A DNA stretch of 57,514 nt from the IMG/VR virus record IMGVR_UViG_3300031920_000146, positions 1 through 57,514 of that record. The stretch is one strand, 5' to 3'. A program made the position numbers and the translations under genes. A model generated the notes under the pieces. That model was not told the DNA's origin, searched no databases, and worked only from the letters and a program-made list of their open reading frames with translations. Shown piece after piece: positions 16,480 through 26,296 of the stretch (position 1 is its first letter; each line of letters starts with the position of its first letter). The DNA is from a virus.

Positions 16480-16794
16480 ATGACATTTATTAAATCTACT
16501 CGTACCGCATTAAGTTTCAGTAAAAATAATTTTAGCTTGATTGACGTGATCAATGCAATTTTAGATATTGAAAAATATTCGATCCACCTGTCCGAACGTG
16601 CTGAAATGAGGCAAATTAAATTTTTCGCTTACCATGTTAATGTTAATTTTGATTGTAATCGTATTACTGACAGTGTTGAAGATTTGTGTAAATTCTTTGA
16701 TGTTGAATGTTTTAACAAGTCTAAATTGATTGACTTGTTAGCAGAAATAGATCACTCCGAAGGACTTGTCAATCGAATCGCTTCACAATATTAA
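16480..16794 (+). CDS. Hypothetical protein (104 aa)
   Basis: ORF in the early arm. Confidence 0.6.
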   Translation: MTFIKSTRTALSFSKNNFSLIDVINAILDIEKYSIHLSERAEMRQIKFFAYHVNVNFDCNRITDSVEDLCKFFDVECFNKSKLIDLLAEIDHSEGLVNRIASQY

Positions 16795-16803
16795 TGATTA
16801 GTT

Positions 16804-16833
16804 ACTCCCCTTCTACCAAGTTGGGGAGTTTTC
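16804..16833 (+). terminator. Rho-independent terminator-like hairpin
   Basis: ACTCCCC-ttctaccaagtt-GGGGAGT followed by TTTT. Confidence 0.5.
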
Positions 16834-16850
16834 CAGGTAAAAACTAAATC

Positions 16851-16937
16851 ATGCAAAAATTAAAACAAATCTTATTCGCCGTCTTAATTATTGGCGGCCT
16901 TCTTACTGGCTTAATCTTATCAATAATTAACTTTTAA
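16851..16937 (+). CDS. Tiny single-pass membrane peptide (28 aa)
   Basis: MQKLKQILFAVLIIGGLLTGLILSIINF, hand-translated. Confidence 0.4.
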   Translation: MQKLKQILFAVLIIGGLLTGLILSIINF

Positions 16938-16947
16938 ATAAAATATC

Positions 16948-17064
16948 ATGAAAAACTTCTTAAAACTGTCATACATTGATCGCATTGTTGAAACAATGAA
17001 GATCGCAACAATTGTTTTGTTTGTTGCTTCGATTGCTTTTATAGTCATTAATCACTTAAATTAA
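16948..17064 (+). CDS. Tiny single-pass membrane peptide (38 aa)
   Basis: MKNFLKLSYIDRIVETMKIATIVLFVASIAFIVINHLN. Confidence 0.4.
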   Translation: MKNFLKLSYIDRIVETMKIATIVLFVASIAFIVINHLN

Positions 17065-17136
17065 TTCCTTCTTTGCCTCGCTTCCTTCTGGTTGCGGGGT
17101 TGGGTTGGTAGAAAGAATAAATTTAAAATCTTAATT

Positions 17137-17610
17137 ATGACACCACAAGAAGCAAAGGAAAAAAAAGAAAAAATGACGAGTGATTTATTAAAAAGCTGCG
17201 GAGTTTTTTTTGCATTTTCTAACCAACAATTTAACGAGAACAAAACACCGTTAAAAGAAGGAGAAAAATACATTTCAATTAACAATGGTGGATATTTGCC
17301 AAAATCTAACTTAGCAGCATTTAAAATCGGACTTGCTGAAATTGGAAAAGTGAAAGGGACAAAAAAGAAAATTGAATACGATGTTTCTGATTTTCAGCCA
17401 GACGAAGACAAGGTAAAAGAATACGAAGAAAGACAGGGTGCAAAGGCAGAACGCTATCAGGAATTAGCAACAAAAGCAAAAAGCGAATCGACGCAAAGAT
17501 ACCAGACAGCTCAGCGTATTGAACATCGAATCCCTTTCTACGATGATAAACTAAACTTTGCCGGTTGGTTTGTAAAAAACTTTGCCGGTTGGTTTAAAGT
17601 ATTTATTTAA
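17137..17610 (+). CDS. Hypothetical protein (157 aa)
   Basis: ATG at 17137 within track ORF 17092..17610. The C-terminal NFAGWFVKNFAGWFKV comes from an 18-nt tandem duplication. Confidence 0.6.
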   Translation: MTPQEAKEKKEKMTSDLLKSCGVFFAFSNQQFNENKTPLKEGEKYISINNGGYLPKSNLAAFKIGLAEIGKVKGTKKKIEYDVSDFQPDEDKVKEYEERQGAKAERYQELATKAKSESTQRYQTAQRIEHRIPFYDDKLNFAGWFVKNFAGWFKVFI

Positions 17611-17759
17611 AAAACTACAAAAATGAAAAACTTAGACAAAATTTTCTGCATCACTATTCACGGTGATTCATACAAACCACCCCGAAACCTACACCCGAAC
17701 CAATAAAGAATAAAATACCGAACCGGCATATTCCGAATAATAATACAAATACTTACACC

Positions 17760-18458
17760 ATGAAAACTTTAAAAGACATTCTTGATTATTGCCAATCATG
17801 CAAAAGTACATCAACTTTAAGGCGAGTATTGCCACAAATGATTGAGGCATTCAACAACAGTTCCGAAGTGGAAAAACTACACTATGCATACCACGAAGAC
17901 GGCGCTAACACCTGGGTAAATAAATGGGCGGCGTCTGACTATTATCCTGACAATTTTGAGGAAGATACGCAGGATATTTTTATTCTATTTGAACAAAGTT
18001 GGTTGATAGGAAAGAAAAAACAAGCACTAAAATTTCAGCGGGCGAATACCTATACGGCTGAATGCGCCATCTTTCTCTTTAAGGTTGCACCCGCCGACAT
18101 CAATTACCGGGTTTCAAAATTAAAATCTGGTTGGGAACAAGATTTTTTGAGGGCTAAAGAAATCGTGAAAAAAGAAGAAGAAACAGCAAAAATACATGCT
18201 GCTTATTCTGATGAAACAAAACAGCACATTGCAAACTTGCAAACTGAATTAGAAAATATTTTTGGCACTTATAATTCGTCAGATCGGAGAATAGAGATCA
18301 ACTCAGAGCTGGCTAAATTTGCACTGCCACCACGGGGAAAAAGGTATTCGTGCCATAACTGGATCGAATGTGCTGTTAATTGCAATTCGGTTGAAACCTA
18401 CATTGAGCGTCGCAAAAACGAGATACAAAAAAAGTTATCTGAAAGTTTAAAATCTTAA
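17760..18458 (+). CDS. Hypothetical protein (232 aa)
   Basis: Long ORF; no motif recognised. Confidence 0.65.
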   Translation: MKTLKDILDYCQSCKSTSTLRRVLPQMIEAFNNSSEVEKLHYAYHEDGANTWVNKWAASDYYPDNFEEDTQDIFILFEQSWLIGKKKQALKFQRANTYTAECAIFLFKVAPADINYRVSKLKSGWEQDFLRAKEIVKKEEETAKIHAAYSDETKQHIANLQTELENIFGTYNSSDRRIEINSELAKFALPPRGKRYSCHNWIECAVNCNSVETYIERRKNEIQKKLSESLKS

Positions 18459-18561
18459 AAACCAATAACCTAAAGAAAGAAGGTAAAAAATAAATTGTAA
18501 ACAACACATTCAACCGGGGCCGTAATTGGTTCCCGGATTTGGTGGTAAAAAAAAGAATACT

Positions 18562-18822
18562 ATGAAAACATCACAAGCAAAAAGAATTTTAAAAGCCACA
18601 AATGACACTATGATCAGTTATGCGCTGTTAGTTGGTGGTCAGGTAATGGATGGAGCCCGAACCGAAGAGGATGCTAAGCAATGGTGTGCTAAAATGGTTG
18701 AATCTGACGTTGAATACTTTAAAAGTCCTGGCAATGCAGTCACTTATGAAGCTATTGTTATAGATGCAATAGACGGGACTGAGGTTACAATGAATAATTT
18801 ACATGCCTACTTAAAAAACTAA
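18562..18822 (+). CDS. Hypothetical protein (86 aa)
   Basis: ATG at 18562 within the track ORF. Confidence 0.55.
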   Translation: MKTSQAKRILKATNDTMISYALLVGGQVMDGARTEEDAKQWCAKMVESDVEYFKSPGNAVTYEAIVIDAIDGTEVTMNNLHAYLKN

Positions 18823-18826
18823 TATC

Positions 18827-18985
18827 ATGAAACGTAAAAAATCAGAATTAAATTGTCGTGACCGTTATGAGGTTGCTGAAGGGATTCCATGCGACCCTAT
18901 TAAAAAAAGTGACAGATGGCTAGGATTGCTTTTTATTGTCCTGATCTGTGCTGTTCCTGTTGGAACTTATTTGCTCATTAAATAG
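18827..18985 (+). CDS. Small C-terminally membrane-anchored protein (52 aa)
   Basis: MKRKKSELNCRDRYEVAEGIPCDPIKKSDRWLGLLFIVLICAVPVGTYLLIK. Confidence 0.4.
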   Translation: MKRKKSELNCRDRYEVAEGIPCDPIKKSDRWLGLLFIVLICAVPVGTYLLIK

Positions 18986-19015
18986 TAAAAAACTGTTATA
19001 AAAAACCATCATAAA

Positions 19016-19204
19016 ATGAAAAAATTATTATTTTTAATTTCAATTGTGTTTGTATGCTCAATTATGATGCAAAAAACAGCATCCGCAAAAACTAAACACA
19101 AAACAGTAGTGAAAATGTCTAGAAGACAAGTAAAAAACGCCAAAAAAGGTAAAACTTTTTATTACCGGAATAAAAAAGGCAAACTTAAAAAACGCATACT
19201 TTGA
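19016..19204 (+). CDS. Small basic secreted protein (62 aa)
   Basis: Signal-peptide-like N-terminus, then a K/R-rich tail. Confidence 0.5.
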   Translation: MKKLLFLISIVFVCSIMMQKTASAKTKHKTVVKMSRRQVKNAKKGKTFYYRNKKGKLKKRIL

Positions 19205-19225
19205 ATTATAAAAAACATTACAGCC

Positions 19226-19396
19226 ATGCTCACAACATTCGAAATAACAACCGATAAAAAAGGGATACTCGTTTCTAAAAAAAGAGGGGATAAAGTACTC
19301 AAAGAAACTTACGCCTTAAGTGCGGAACATGCCAACATAATAAGAGATCAATGGATAAATCAATTTTGGGGATTTCCTGCTATAAATTATAATTAA
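19226..19396 (+). CDS. Hypothetical small protein (56 aa)
   Basis: Hand-translated ATG ORF filling the gap before 19399. Confidence 0.4.
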   Translation: MLTTFEITTDKKGILVSKKRGDKVLKETYALSAEHANIIRDQWINQFWGFPAINYN

Positions 19397-19398
19397 CA

Positions 19399-19761
19399 AT
19401 GAGCAAAGAAGGAAAAGAAAGGCTTGAATTAGAAATGCGAGCAATGCGGGTATCTTCTACTATTTTAGTAGCTGAGAAAGAACTTCAGATAATAATTGGA
19501 GAAGCTAATAAGATAGGGTTAGAAGTAGCCCACACTGGTAGACTGATAAAAGTATCACCAATTACTTTTGAGTGCGCTAAAAGACTTAGAAGCCCTATGT
19601 CGTTCTCTAAATTGTTTGCCGGAAATGAAAGGAGCGTAACCAACACTTATCAGCCAGATAAATATTTGGTTCCATGGAACGAGTATTGCGCTATGTTCTT
19701 TAAATTCGTTAAAAAATGGCGTAAAAAAGGGTTTATTATTGATCCTATTTTAAAAAAATAA
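19399..19761 (+). CDS. Hypothetical protein (120 aa)
   Basis: ORF in the early arm. Confidence 0.6.
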   Translation: MSKEGKERLELEMRAMRVSSTILVAEKELQIIIGEANKIGLEVAHTGRLIKVSPITFECAKRLRSPMSFSKLFAGNERSVTNTYQPDKYLVPWNEYCAMFFKFVKKWRKKGFIIDPILKK

Positions 19762-19836
19762 CCATACATGTCTTACAACATATTATTTGTAAAATATAAT
19801 TATTTACTTCATTAAACCAAATAGAAACTTACAATT

Positions 19837-20199
19837 ATGAAAGATTTAGGAATTACAAAAGGAGAATGGAAAGTTGATAATACTACGGTCTATTCTTTAT
19901 ATCAGACATCGTGGGACAGTGGAAAACCAGTAATGACAAATAGATTCTATTTATCATTATATCCAGATTATCATTCAAGCATAGCTAAAAGTGAAGTTAT
20001 TGAAAACGCCAAACTGATAGCAGACGCCGGAAACACAGCAAACAAATGCGGATTGCTCCCTAGTGAGTTGTTGGCGCAAAGGGATGAATTACTTAGTGCA
20101 TTGGAAATGATTACTAAAAGACTTAAAAAAGAATTAGATACGCCTTATAATTCATTCGTTGATAAAGCGGAAAAAGCAATCAAAAAAGCAACATCATAA
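19837..20199 (+). CDS. Hypothetical protein (120 aa)
   Basis: KGEWKV...ENAKLIADAGN pattern that I recall recurring among small phage proteins of unknown function. Confidence 0.6.
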   Translation: MKDLGITKGEWKVDNTTVYSLYQTSWDSGKPVMTNRFYLSLYPDYHSSIAKSEVIENAKLIADAGNTANKCGLLPSELLAQRDELLSALEMITKRLKKELDTPYNSFVDKAEKAIKKATS

Positions 20200-20231
20200 A
20201 AAATAAAATATATCTTAAATTAGAACAAGTT

Positions 20232-20753
20232 ATGGAAAATAAATTCTTCAACGTAGAAATTGGCCGGACTACAAGAGCCGGAAATATGCAAGTACAACAT
20301 TCATTTGTTGCTAGCGTACCGAAAAGTAAAAATCAATATGAAGTACACAATTATTATCAGAGCCAATACTCTGGATTTGATGTAAGCGTATCAGAAGCGA
20401 AGGAAGTTTTATTTCCTATTTTTGTAGATACAAAAGTTATAATATCAGCTAATTCCGAACATAAGCCATCCCTGATAAAAAAATCAAGAATTGAGCATTA
20501 TGCTTCTATTAGTAGCTTTACGGATGAAACGAAAATCTTATGGAAAGATGCCAGAAAAAAGGAAGCGGAAGCAAATGATGCTAAAGAGCACCTAATTAAG
20601 ATATTGCAGGCAGAAATTAGACTGCTATACAATAATGCCGTTTCAGTAGTCAGAATAGATCATGAAAAATTTATGATAGATAGCGGCACGGTTCGTTATA
20701 AAGCAGACATCTCAGGCACTTTGATAATGGAAGAAATAGAAAAAGCACTTTGA
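20232..20753 (+). CDS. Hypothetical protein (173 aa)
   Basis: ORF in the early arm. Confidence 0.6.
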   Translation: MENKFFNVEIGRTTRAGNMQVQHSFVASVPKSKNQYEVHNYYQSQYSGFDVSVSEAKEVLFPIFVDTKVIISANSEHKPSLIKKSRIEHYASISSFTDETKILWKDARKKEAEANDAKEHLIKILQAEIRLLYNNAVSVVRIDHEKFMIDSGTVRYKADISGTLIMEEIEKAL

Positions 20754-20765
20754 ATTAAATAAATT

Positions 20766-22097
20766 ATGGCAAAAGAAACTGCAAAAAATCTGCCTAAATC
20801 ACAGGTAGTAAAGTTAGAATCTTATCCTGAAGTAATGGAAAGATTTCAATTGTTGGCTAAAAAATACGCTAACTTAGTTGTAACGAAAGAAACCTACAAG
20901 GAATCTTTGAAGGCAAGAGCCGAATTAAGAGAAGAAAGATACTTGATTCAAAACATCATAAAAAATAACAAAGGGGTGCTGAATGAAGCCAAAAAGAAAA
21001 TGGAATCTGACGGCGCGGCGTTAATTGATGTGGTACTTCCGGTAGAAAACGAGATTGATACAAGACTCAAGGCAGTCGAAGCAGAAAAAGCCGAAGAGAA
21101 ACGATTAGCCGAAGTAGCAAAACAAAAGTTAGCTGCTGAACGCATGGAAAAAATCAGTAAATTGCAAACAGGCTTTATGTCTGAAATTATTGAGGCTTCA
21201 ACCATCCCACAATTGGATGTTTTAAATGAAAAACTTTCAGCATTTGAAGTTACTGATAAAGAGTTTGGTGATTTAAAGCTCTCCTGTGAACAAACGATAG
21301 CCGGAATTAGCTTTTATATCAATCAGGCGAAGGAAAGGATTGAAAAAGAGATTGAGGCTGAAAAACAGCTTAGATTGAGCGAGACTAAAAGGGATTATAA
21401 ATTAGAATCCGGCGAAGAGTGGTACGGCGAAGATGATATTGATCAGATTCAACAAAAAATTGCTGCCGTTATTAACACTAAAGCAAAAGCTAAGGTAATA
21501 GATGAGTATCATGATCTTGGCGGGGAAGTAGATATTCATGATGAAATGACTCTTGATGAATTGATTGGACATGTTTCTACTTTAAAGTTCGAACTTGCTG
21601 AATTTGCCAAGAAGAAAAAACTGGAAGAGAAACAAGCGAAGAAAGCGAGAGTGAAATTGGCATTTGATCGGATGTACATTTTTAACAATGCTGGTATTAG
21701 CGATTCTGAATGGATTGGAAGTATGCTGGGCAATGATTATCCTGGCAAAATGATTGAGGGCTTAACCGATGCTGAGTTTACAACTTTTAAGGATAATTTA
21801 ATTGCCATAGATGCCGAAATTACCAAGGTTGATTTTGAAGAAATACCAATAGAACATGCTCCTATAAAATCTTTCGGCAGGACTCCTAAAAAAATTAAGC
21901 CAAAAGAATTTGAAATTAGCATAACTGGCACAAGGGAGGCCACGATACATTATGTGGCTACAAATGAAGAAGAACTTAATTCTTACACCAGACATTCAGC
22001 TACAAACTGGACTGTGACCATGGGGGAAAGCGAGGAACAAGTTTACGATTGTGAAGAACTTGAAGCATTATTCCAAGGATACATTAAAACAAAATAA
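20766..22097 (+). CDS. Coiled-coil protein of the recombination module (DUF1351-like placement)
   Basis: 443 aa, K/E-rich coiled coil, located upstream of exonuclease and RecT as in many siphoviruses. The family call is tentative. Confidence 0.5.
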   Translation: MAKETAKNLPKSQVVKLESYPEVMERFQLLAKKYANLVVTKETYKESLKARAELREERYLIQNIIKNNKGVLNEAKKKMESDGAALIDVVLPVENEIDTRLKAVEAEKAEEKRLAEVAKQKLAAERMEKISKLQTGFMSEIIEASTIPQLDVLNEKLSAFEVTDKEFGDLKLSCEQTIAGISFYINQAKERIEKEIEAEKQLRLSETKRDYKLESGEEWYGEDDIDQIQQKIAAVINTKAKAKVIDEYHDLGGEVDIHDEMTLDELIGHVSTLKFELAEFAKKKKLEEKQAKKARVKLAFDRMYIFNNAGISDSEWIGSMLGNDYPGKMIEGLTDAEFTTFKDNLIAIDAEITKVDFEEIPIEHAPIKSFGRTPKKIKPKEFEISITGTREATIHYVATNEEELNSYTRHSATNWTVTMGESEEQVYDCEELEALFQGYIKTK

Positions 22098-22396
22098 TGA
22101 AAAATTACAGCCTAAATAATCTCATTGCAAAACTCACATCCGAAATCGATTCAATGGAGATGAAAGGATTTGACGTGTGTTGTGATAAAGATTGGAACGG
22201 AGAAGGAGAATTTGAAATCGAATTTGAAGATTGCATTGTGGTTATTGGATGTAATATTTTTAAATCATTTGACAGGGACATGGAATTGACTGGATTTGAA
22301 GTTAAGGTCAGTAGTGTTTATTTGCAATATCCTGATAATAAAAAAATGATTCCGGTTAAAGATGTAAAAACAATTGAAAATTCATTAAAACCATGA
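22097..22396 (+). CDS. Hypothetical acidic protein (99 aa)
   Basis: ATGA/TAATG-type overlaps with both neighbours. Confidence 0.6.
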   Translation: MKNYSLNNLIAKLTSEIDSMEMKGFDVCCDKDWNGEGEFEIEFEDCIVVIGCNIFKSFDRDMELTGFEVKVSSVYLQYPDNKKMIPVKDVKTIENSLKP

Positions 22397-23388
22397 GCGA
22401 ACTATATTCACATCCATTACCTTATATTTCAATTCCAGATGAAATTCCGAATGATGAATACCATAATGGAGAGAAATACAAGGACTTTATAAGCTCAACG
22501 AGGCTTAAATGGTATTTAACTTCTCCTAAGTGGTACAAATTCATTTGCGACAACCCACAAGAGTCTAAAATTAGCTTAAAGGCATCAATGGAAGGCTCTG
22601 TCTATCATGACATGTTGGCTTCATTGGTAAATAATGGTAATTTAAATGGCTTTGAAAGAGATTGGTTTGTCTTTGATCCTCCAATAAACGAGAAGACAGG
22701 AAGCCCATATGGGATTACATCCAATAAATACATGGGTGCATACGAAGATGCTAAATATGCAAATCCCGGCAAAGAAACAACTTCTCATGCAGAAGTAGTC
22801 AAAGCAAAGGCAATGATTGATGAACTGCTTTACCACAATTACCATTATTCATACACCATTAGGAAATTTATCGAATGGGGCAAGGCTGAACAATCATGCT
22901 TCTGCGAGTATAAGGGACACAAGTTTAAATACAGGAAAGATTTAGCCACCAAAACAAAAATGATTGATTGGAAATCTACTGAAGAAAAGGACCTACATGA
23001 AGATACAATTGCCAAAATAATTGTTAAATTTAAGTATGATTTATCAGCAGCTTTTTATCAATTTTTCGAGCATCAAATAACGGGAGTTTGGAAACCTTTC
23101 TTTTGGGTGTTCCAACAAAAAAACCCTCCTTATGATGCAGTTTTGGTATCAGCAGATAAATGGGCTTATGAAATTACAGATAATACACCAGGAGATCAAA
23201 TTGTATTGGCAAGGGATGGAGCATTGAGATTTAAGCAACTTCTTAATCAGCATATTTGGTGCGAAGAAAACGATGTATATCCCGGAGCTTCAGTTTTTAT
23301 TGAACCTGACTTTAAACAACACAGGGTTATGTATCCTGAAGTCCCGGGATGGAAGAAAAATGAAACTACAAATTTTTATAACGACTGA
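22393..23388 (+). CDS. PD-(D/E)XK-family exonuclease (RecT partner)
   Basis: ..GSVYHDML.. and ..MIDWKSTEE.. (D-x-K type motif); 331 aa, just upstream of recT. Confidence 0.55.
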   Translation: MSELYSHPLPYISIPDEIPNDEYHNGEKYKDFISSTRLKWYLTSPKWYKFICDNPQESKISLKASMEGSVYHDMLASLVNNGNLNGFERDWFVFDPPINEKTGSPYGITSNKYMGAYEDAKYANPGKETTSHAEVVKAKAMIDELLYHNYHYSYTIRKFIEWGKAEQSCFCEYKGHKFKYRKDLATKTKMIDWKSTEEKDLHEDTIAKIIVKFKYDLSAAFYQFFEHQITGVWKPFFWVFQQKNPPYDAVLVSADKWAYEITDNTPGDQIVLARDGALRFKQLLNQHIWCEENDVYPGASVFIEPDFKQHRVMYPEVPGWKKNETTNFYND

Positions 23389-23389
23389 A

Positions 23390-23638
23390 ATGGAATCAAA
23401 CAGAGAATTAGCCGAAAGATTAGTTAAAGATTGCCTTGAGAACAACGTAGTTAAAAGAACTAAATCAGAAATGGAAAATCATTTAGAAGATAGTATTACG
23501 TGGGCGATGAACGATGCTTTTAGGATAATAAAAAACATTGAAAAAACCTCTTTAGACAATATGGATAGAGCAACCAGATTTATAAGGCTTGAAGAAAAAT
23601 ATGGAATACCAAAAACTCATTTAATATTAAAACAATGA
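23390..23638 (+). CDS. Hypothetical protein (82 aa)
   Basis: ATG at 23390 within the track ORF. Confidence 0.5.
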   Translation: MESNRELAERLVKDCLENNVVKRTKSEMENHLEDSITWAMNDAFRIIKNIEKTSLDNMDRATRFIRLEEKYGIPKTHLILKQ

Positions 23639-24759
23639 TCAAAAAAGAACAATTATTAGAAGACTTAAAATTCAAATTCAATGGTGATGGATTCGAATGT
23701 GTCGGATGCCCAAAAGCATTAAAATTCACATTCGATGAGTTAAAAAACATGACAGATGATATGTTTGTCAAAACCATGCAAGAGCATGAAAAACACCATG
23801 TAATTGGATTTGGAGAGGCTTACATGAAATTACATTCGCCAGAAGTAAAATCTGTTGCGAATAAAACAGTAGTCAAAAAGAATATCCCTACTCCTGCCGC
23901 AAATAAAGTGGCAGCAAAAATCACTGAGCCTAAAGTTCCTGCAAAGGTAGCACCGCCGAAAGCTGCTTTACCTCAAAAGTTAATTGATGCCGGATTGCAA
24001 AGAGTTTTACTTCAGCCAAAACAGGCGTTTATAGCAGCCGGAGGAACAGAGCAGCAATTTGCAAAAGAAATTAATTTTGCTGTTCAGCATCTAATGAAAA
24101 ATGATTTCATACTTGGATGTGCTCAACGAAATCCCGAATATTTAGTTGAAGCCGTAAAGAACATAGCATTAACCGGACTTACGTTAAACCCGGAATTAAA
24201 ACTTGGATATTTAGTTCCTAGGAGTGGCAAAATTTATTTCTCGTCTTCTTATATGGGAAAAAGAGAAATTGTAAATCGAACTGGGCATGTAAGAGATTCA
24301 TTTGCTTCTTTAGTTTATGAAAAAGATGTTTTTGAAATTCAAAAGGGAACTAATCCGAGTATAAAGCACATCCCTAATCCTTGGGGAGAGAAAGGCGAAT
24401 TAATGGGTGGATATTGGGTATGTGAGCTTTCTAATGGTTCAAAGTCTTTCGACACCATGACCAAAGAAAGGATCGATGAAATAAAGGCAAAATCAGAATC
24501 GGTAAAAGCAGGAGGTCAGTCTCCGTGGAAAACAGATTTTGAAGAAATGGCTCTTAAAACAGTTTACAATTGGGGCTTTAAGTTCATGCCCAAAACTGGA
24601 TTATCACCAGATCAAGTAACTGCGTTAACCATTGAATCAAAATATGATAATGAAGTTTTTGAAGAATGGATAAAGGAACAAGATAAAAAAGCTGAAATGT
24701 TTGACGATGATGGCCCGGCAGGTGAAAACCAAATAATAGATATTAAAGCCGAGGACTAA
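23635..24759 (+). CDS. recT: RecT-family single-strand annealing protein with ~110-aa N-terminal extension
   Basis: The C-terminal two thirds look RecT-like (..LGYLVPRSGKIYFSSSYMGKREI..GGYWVCELSNGSK..MTKERIDEIK..SPWKTDFEEMALKTV). Confidence 0.75.
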   Translation: MIKKEQLLEDLKFKFNGDGFECVGCPKALKFTFDELKNMTDDMFVKTMQEHEKHHVIGFGEAYMKLHSPEVKSVANKTVVKKNIPTPAANKVAAKITEPKVPAKVAPPKAALPQKLIDAGLQRVLLQPKQAFIAAGGTEQQFAKEINFAVQHLMKNDFILGCAQRNPEYLVEAVKNIALTGLTLNPELKLGYLVPRSGKIYFSSSYMGKREIVNRTGHVRDSFASLVYEKDVFEIQKGTNPSIKHIPNPWGEKGELMGGYWVCELSNGSKSFDTMTKERIDEIKAKSESVKAGGQSPWKTDFEEMALKTVYNWGFKFMPKTGLSPDQVTALTIESKYDNEVFEEWIKEQDKKAEMFDDDGPAGENQIIDIKAED

Positions 24760-25196
24760 TGGCTAGTGATTATTGGGCAAAAAGAAGAAACGAAGAGTTA
24801 GAGCAGGAAAATAAAAAACCTGCTCCAACAATTCCTGTTGATTATAATTCTGAGAACACAAGAGAAGAGATTCTACACAAGATAAAATCACTTAAAAATG
24901 CCCGTTCTTTAATTATTGAATCAGCGAATGAAAAAGCCACAGCAATTTCAAATTATGCCAGAAAAGTAGCCATTACAGAGATAAAGCTAAAAAATGGACT
25001 TATTGATAAGTTTGATGGTATTGAAATAGGCCATATAACTGCTTCATCTGCAAGGAAAATTTCCGAGGGCATATGTTGGAAGGAGCTGAATGAGAAAGAA
25101 CTTAAAGAAGGTCTTTATAAGGCTAATATAATAACCATTGAAGCTATAAAAGCTGAACTAAATGGTCTGCAATCAATTAATAAACATTTAGAATAA
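24759..25196 (+). CDS. Hypothetical coiled-coil protein (145 aa)
   Basis: ORF start overlaps the recT stop. Confidence 0.6.
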   Translation: MASDYWAKRRNEELEQENKKPAPTIPVDYNSENTREEILHKIKSLKNARSLIIESANEKATAISNYARKVAITEIKLKNGLIDKFDGIEIGHITASSARKISEGICWKELNEKELKEGLYKANIITIEAIKAELNGLQSINKHLE

Positions 25197-25285
25197 CCAT
25201 TTAGCCCTGACTTTTAGAAAGGTTGGTACAACCCCGGTCACTCCGGGGCAGGGTACAAATTAAAATTAACTTAAAATCATTTAAA

Positions 25286-25819
25286 ATGGATTTACAAATT
25301 TTATCAAAAGCACAGGAAGCATTGGAAGCATTTCAAGAAGTTGTTTACGACTTAAAAGATAAAGTTCTTAAAGGGACGTATGAGTCAAAAATATTAGTTT
25401 CTGAATATATGACAGAATCACAAAAACTTGGCTCATCCCTAAGAAGTGCCGTACGGTCGAGTGAAGATATTTCTAAAACCGAAAGGCGAATAAACATGAA
25501 TGAACTTTCTAGAAAAGTATCTGAATGTGCGGAAATATCAGAAACCGATTTACTCTCATTCAAAGGCAAAAAACGCGAATATGCAGTAGCCAGACAAGTT
25601 CACATGGCGATGCTTCATAAAGGGTTTAAAGTGAACCAACAAGTCTGTGGAGACATCTATGAATTAAATCACGCAACCGCATTACATTCATGTAAGATTA
25701 TTAAAAACTTATATGAAACCGACAAATTGTTTCGTCAACAATATGGATCTGTTATTACTTTCTGCTTAGAAATTGAAGGCATTGGGGATAATATTAGTGA
25801 ATACTTAGGAATAAAATAA
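25286..25819 (+). CDS. DnaA domain-IV-like DNA-binding protein
   Basis: The C-terminal KKREYAVARQVHMAMLHKGFKVNQQVCGDIYELNHATALHSCKIIKNLYETD parallels the Bac_DnaA_C pattern (R..aRQiaMyL....s...IG..f.rdHsTVlha..ki). Confidence 0.55.
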   Translation: MDLQILSKAQEALEAFQEVVYDLKDKVLKGTYESKILVSEYMTESQKLGSSLRSAVRSSEDISKTERRINMNELSRKVSECAEISETDLLSFKGKKREYAVARQVHMAMLHKGFKVNQQVCGDIYELNHATALHSCKIIKNLYETDKLFRQQYGSVITFCLEIEGIGDNISEYLGIK

Positions 25820-25820
25820 T

Positions 25821-26294
25821 ATGAAACAATTTGTAAAATGCCCTGAATGCGGCAAAGTTCAATTAGATTATCTTATTCATCCACATCAAATGATTAGATG
25901 TAATTCATGCTCGAATGAAATTAATATAGCGTTGTGGGAAAGATTAAAAGCTCTTTCAATAAAACAACCGTGGGCTTGGCTAATAGTAAACGGAGATAAA
26001 GACATTGAAAATCGTAACACAATAAAGAATTTTAAAGGTGACTTTTTGATTCATGCAGGATTACAATTTGACTATGATTGGTTTTCAGAAGATAACAACA
26101 ATTTTATTGCCATGGATACCTCTCATATGCAAAGAGGCGGCATAATAGGTCACGCCACAATAACTGGATTCGTTGAAAAATCAGATTCACCATGGTTTGT
26201 TGGAAAATACGGACTACTTATCAAGGATGCCAAGCCTCTTCCATTCACTCCATGTAAAGGTAAATTAAGTTTCTTTTATCCTGAAATAAATTAA
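25821..26294 (+). CDS. ASCH-like domain protein with N-terminal zinc ribbon
   Basis: CPECG..CNSC, then LSIKQPWAWLIVNGDKDIENRN..KGDFLIHAG. Confidence 0.5.
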   Translation: MKQFVKCPECGKVQLDYLIHPHQMIRCNSCSNEINIALWERLKALSIKQPWAWLIVNGDKDIENRNTIKNFKGDFLIHAGLQFDYDWFSEDNNNFIAMDTSHMQRGGIIGHATITGFVEKSDSPWFVGKYGLLIKDAKPLPFTPCKGKLSFFYPEIN

Positions 26295-26296
26295 TT

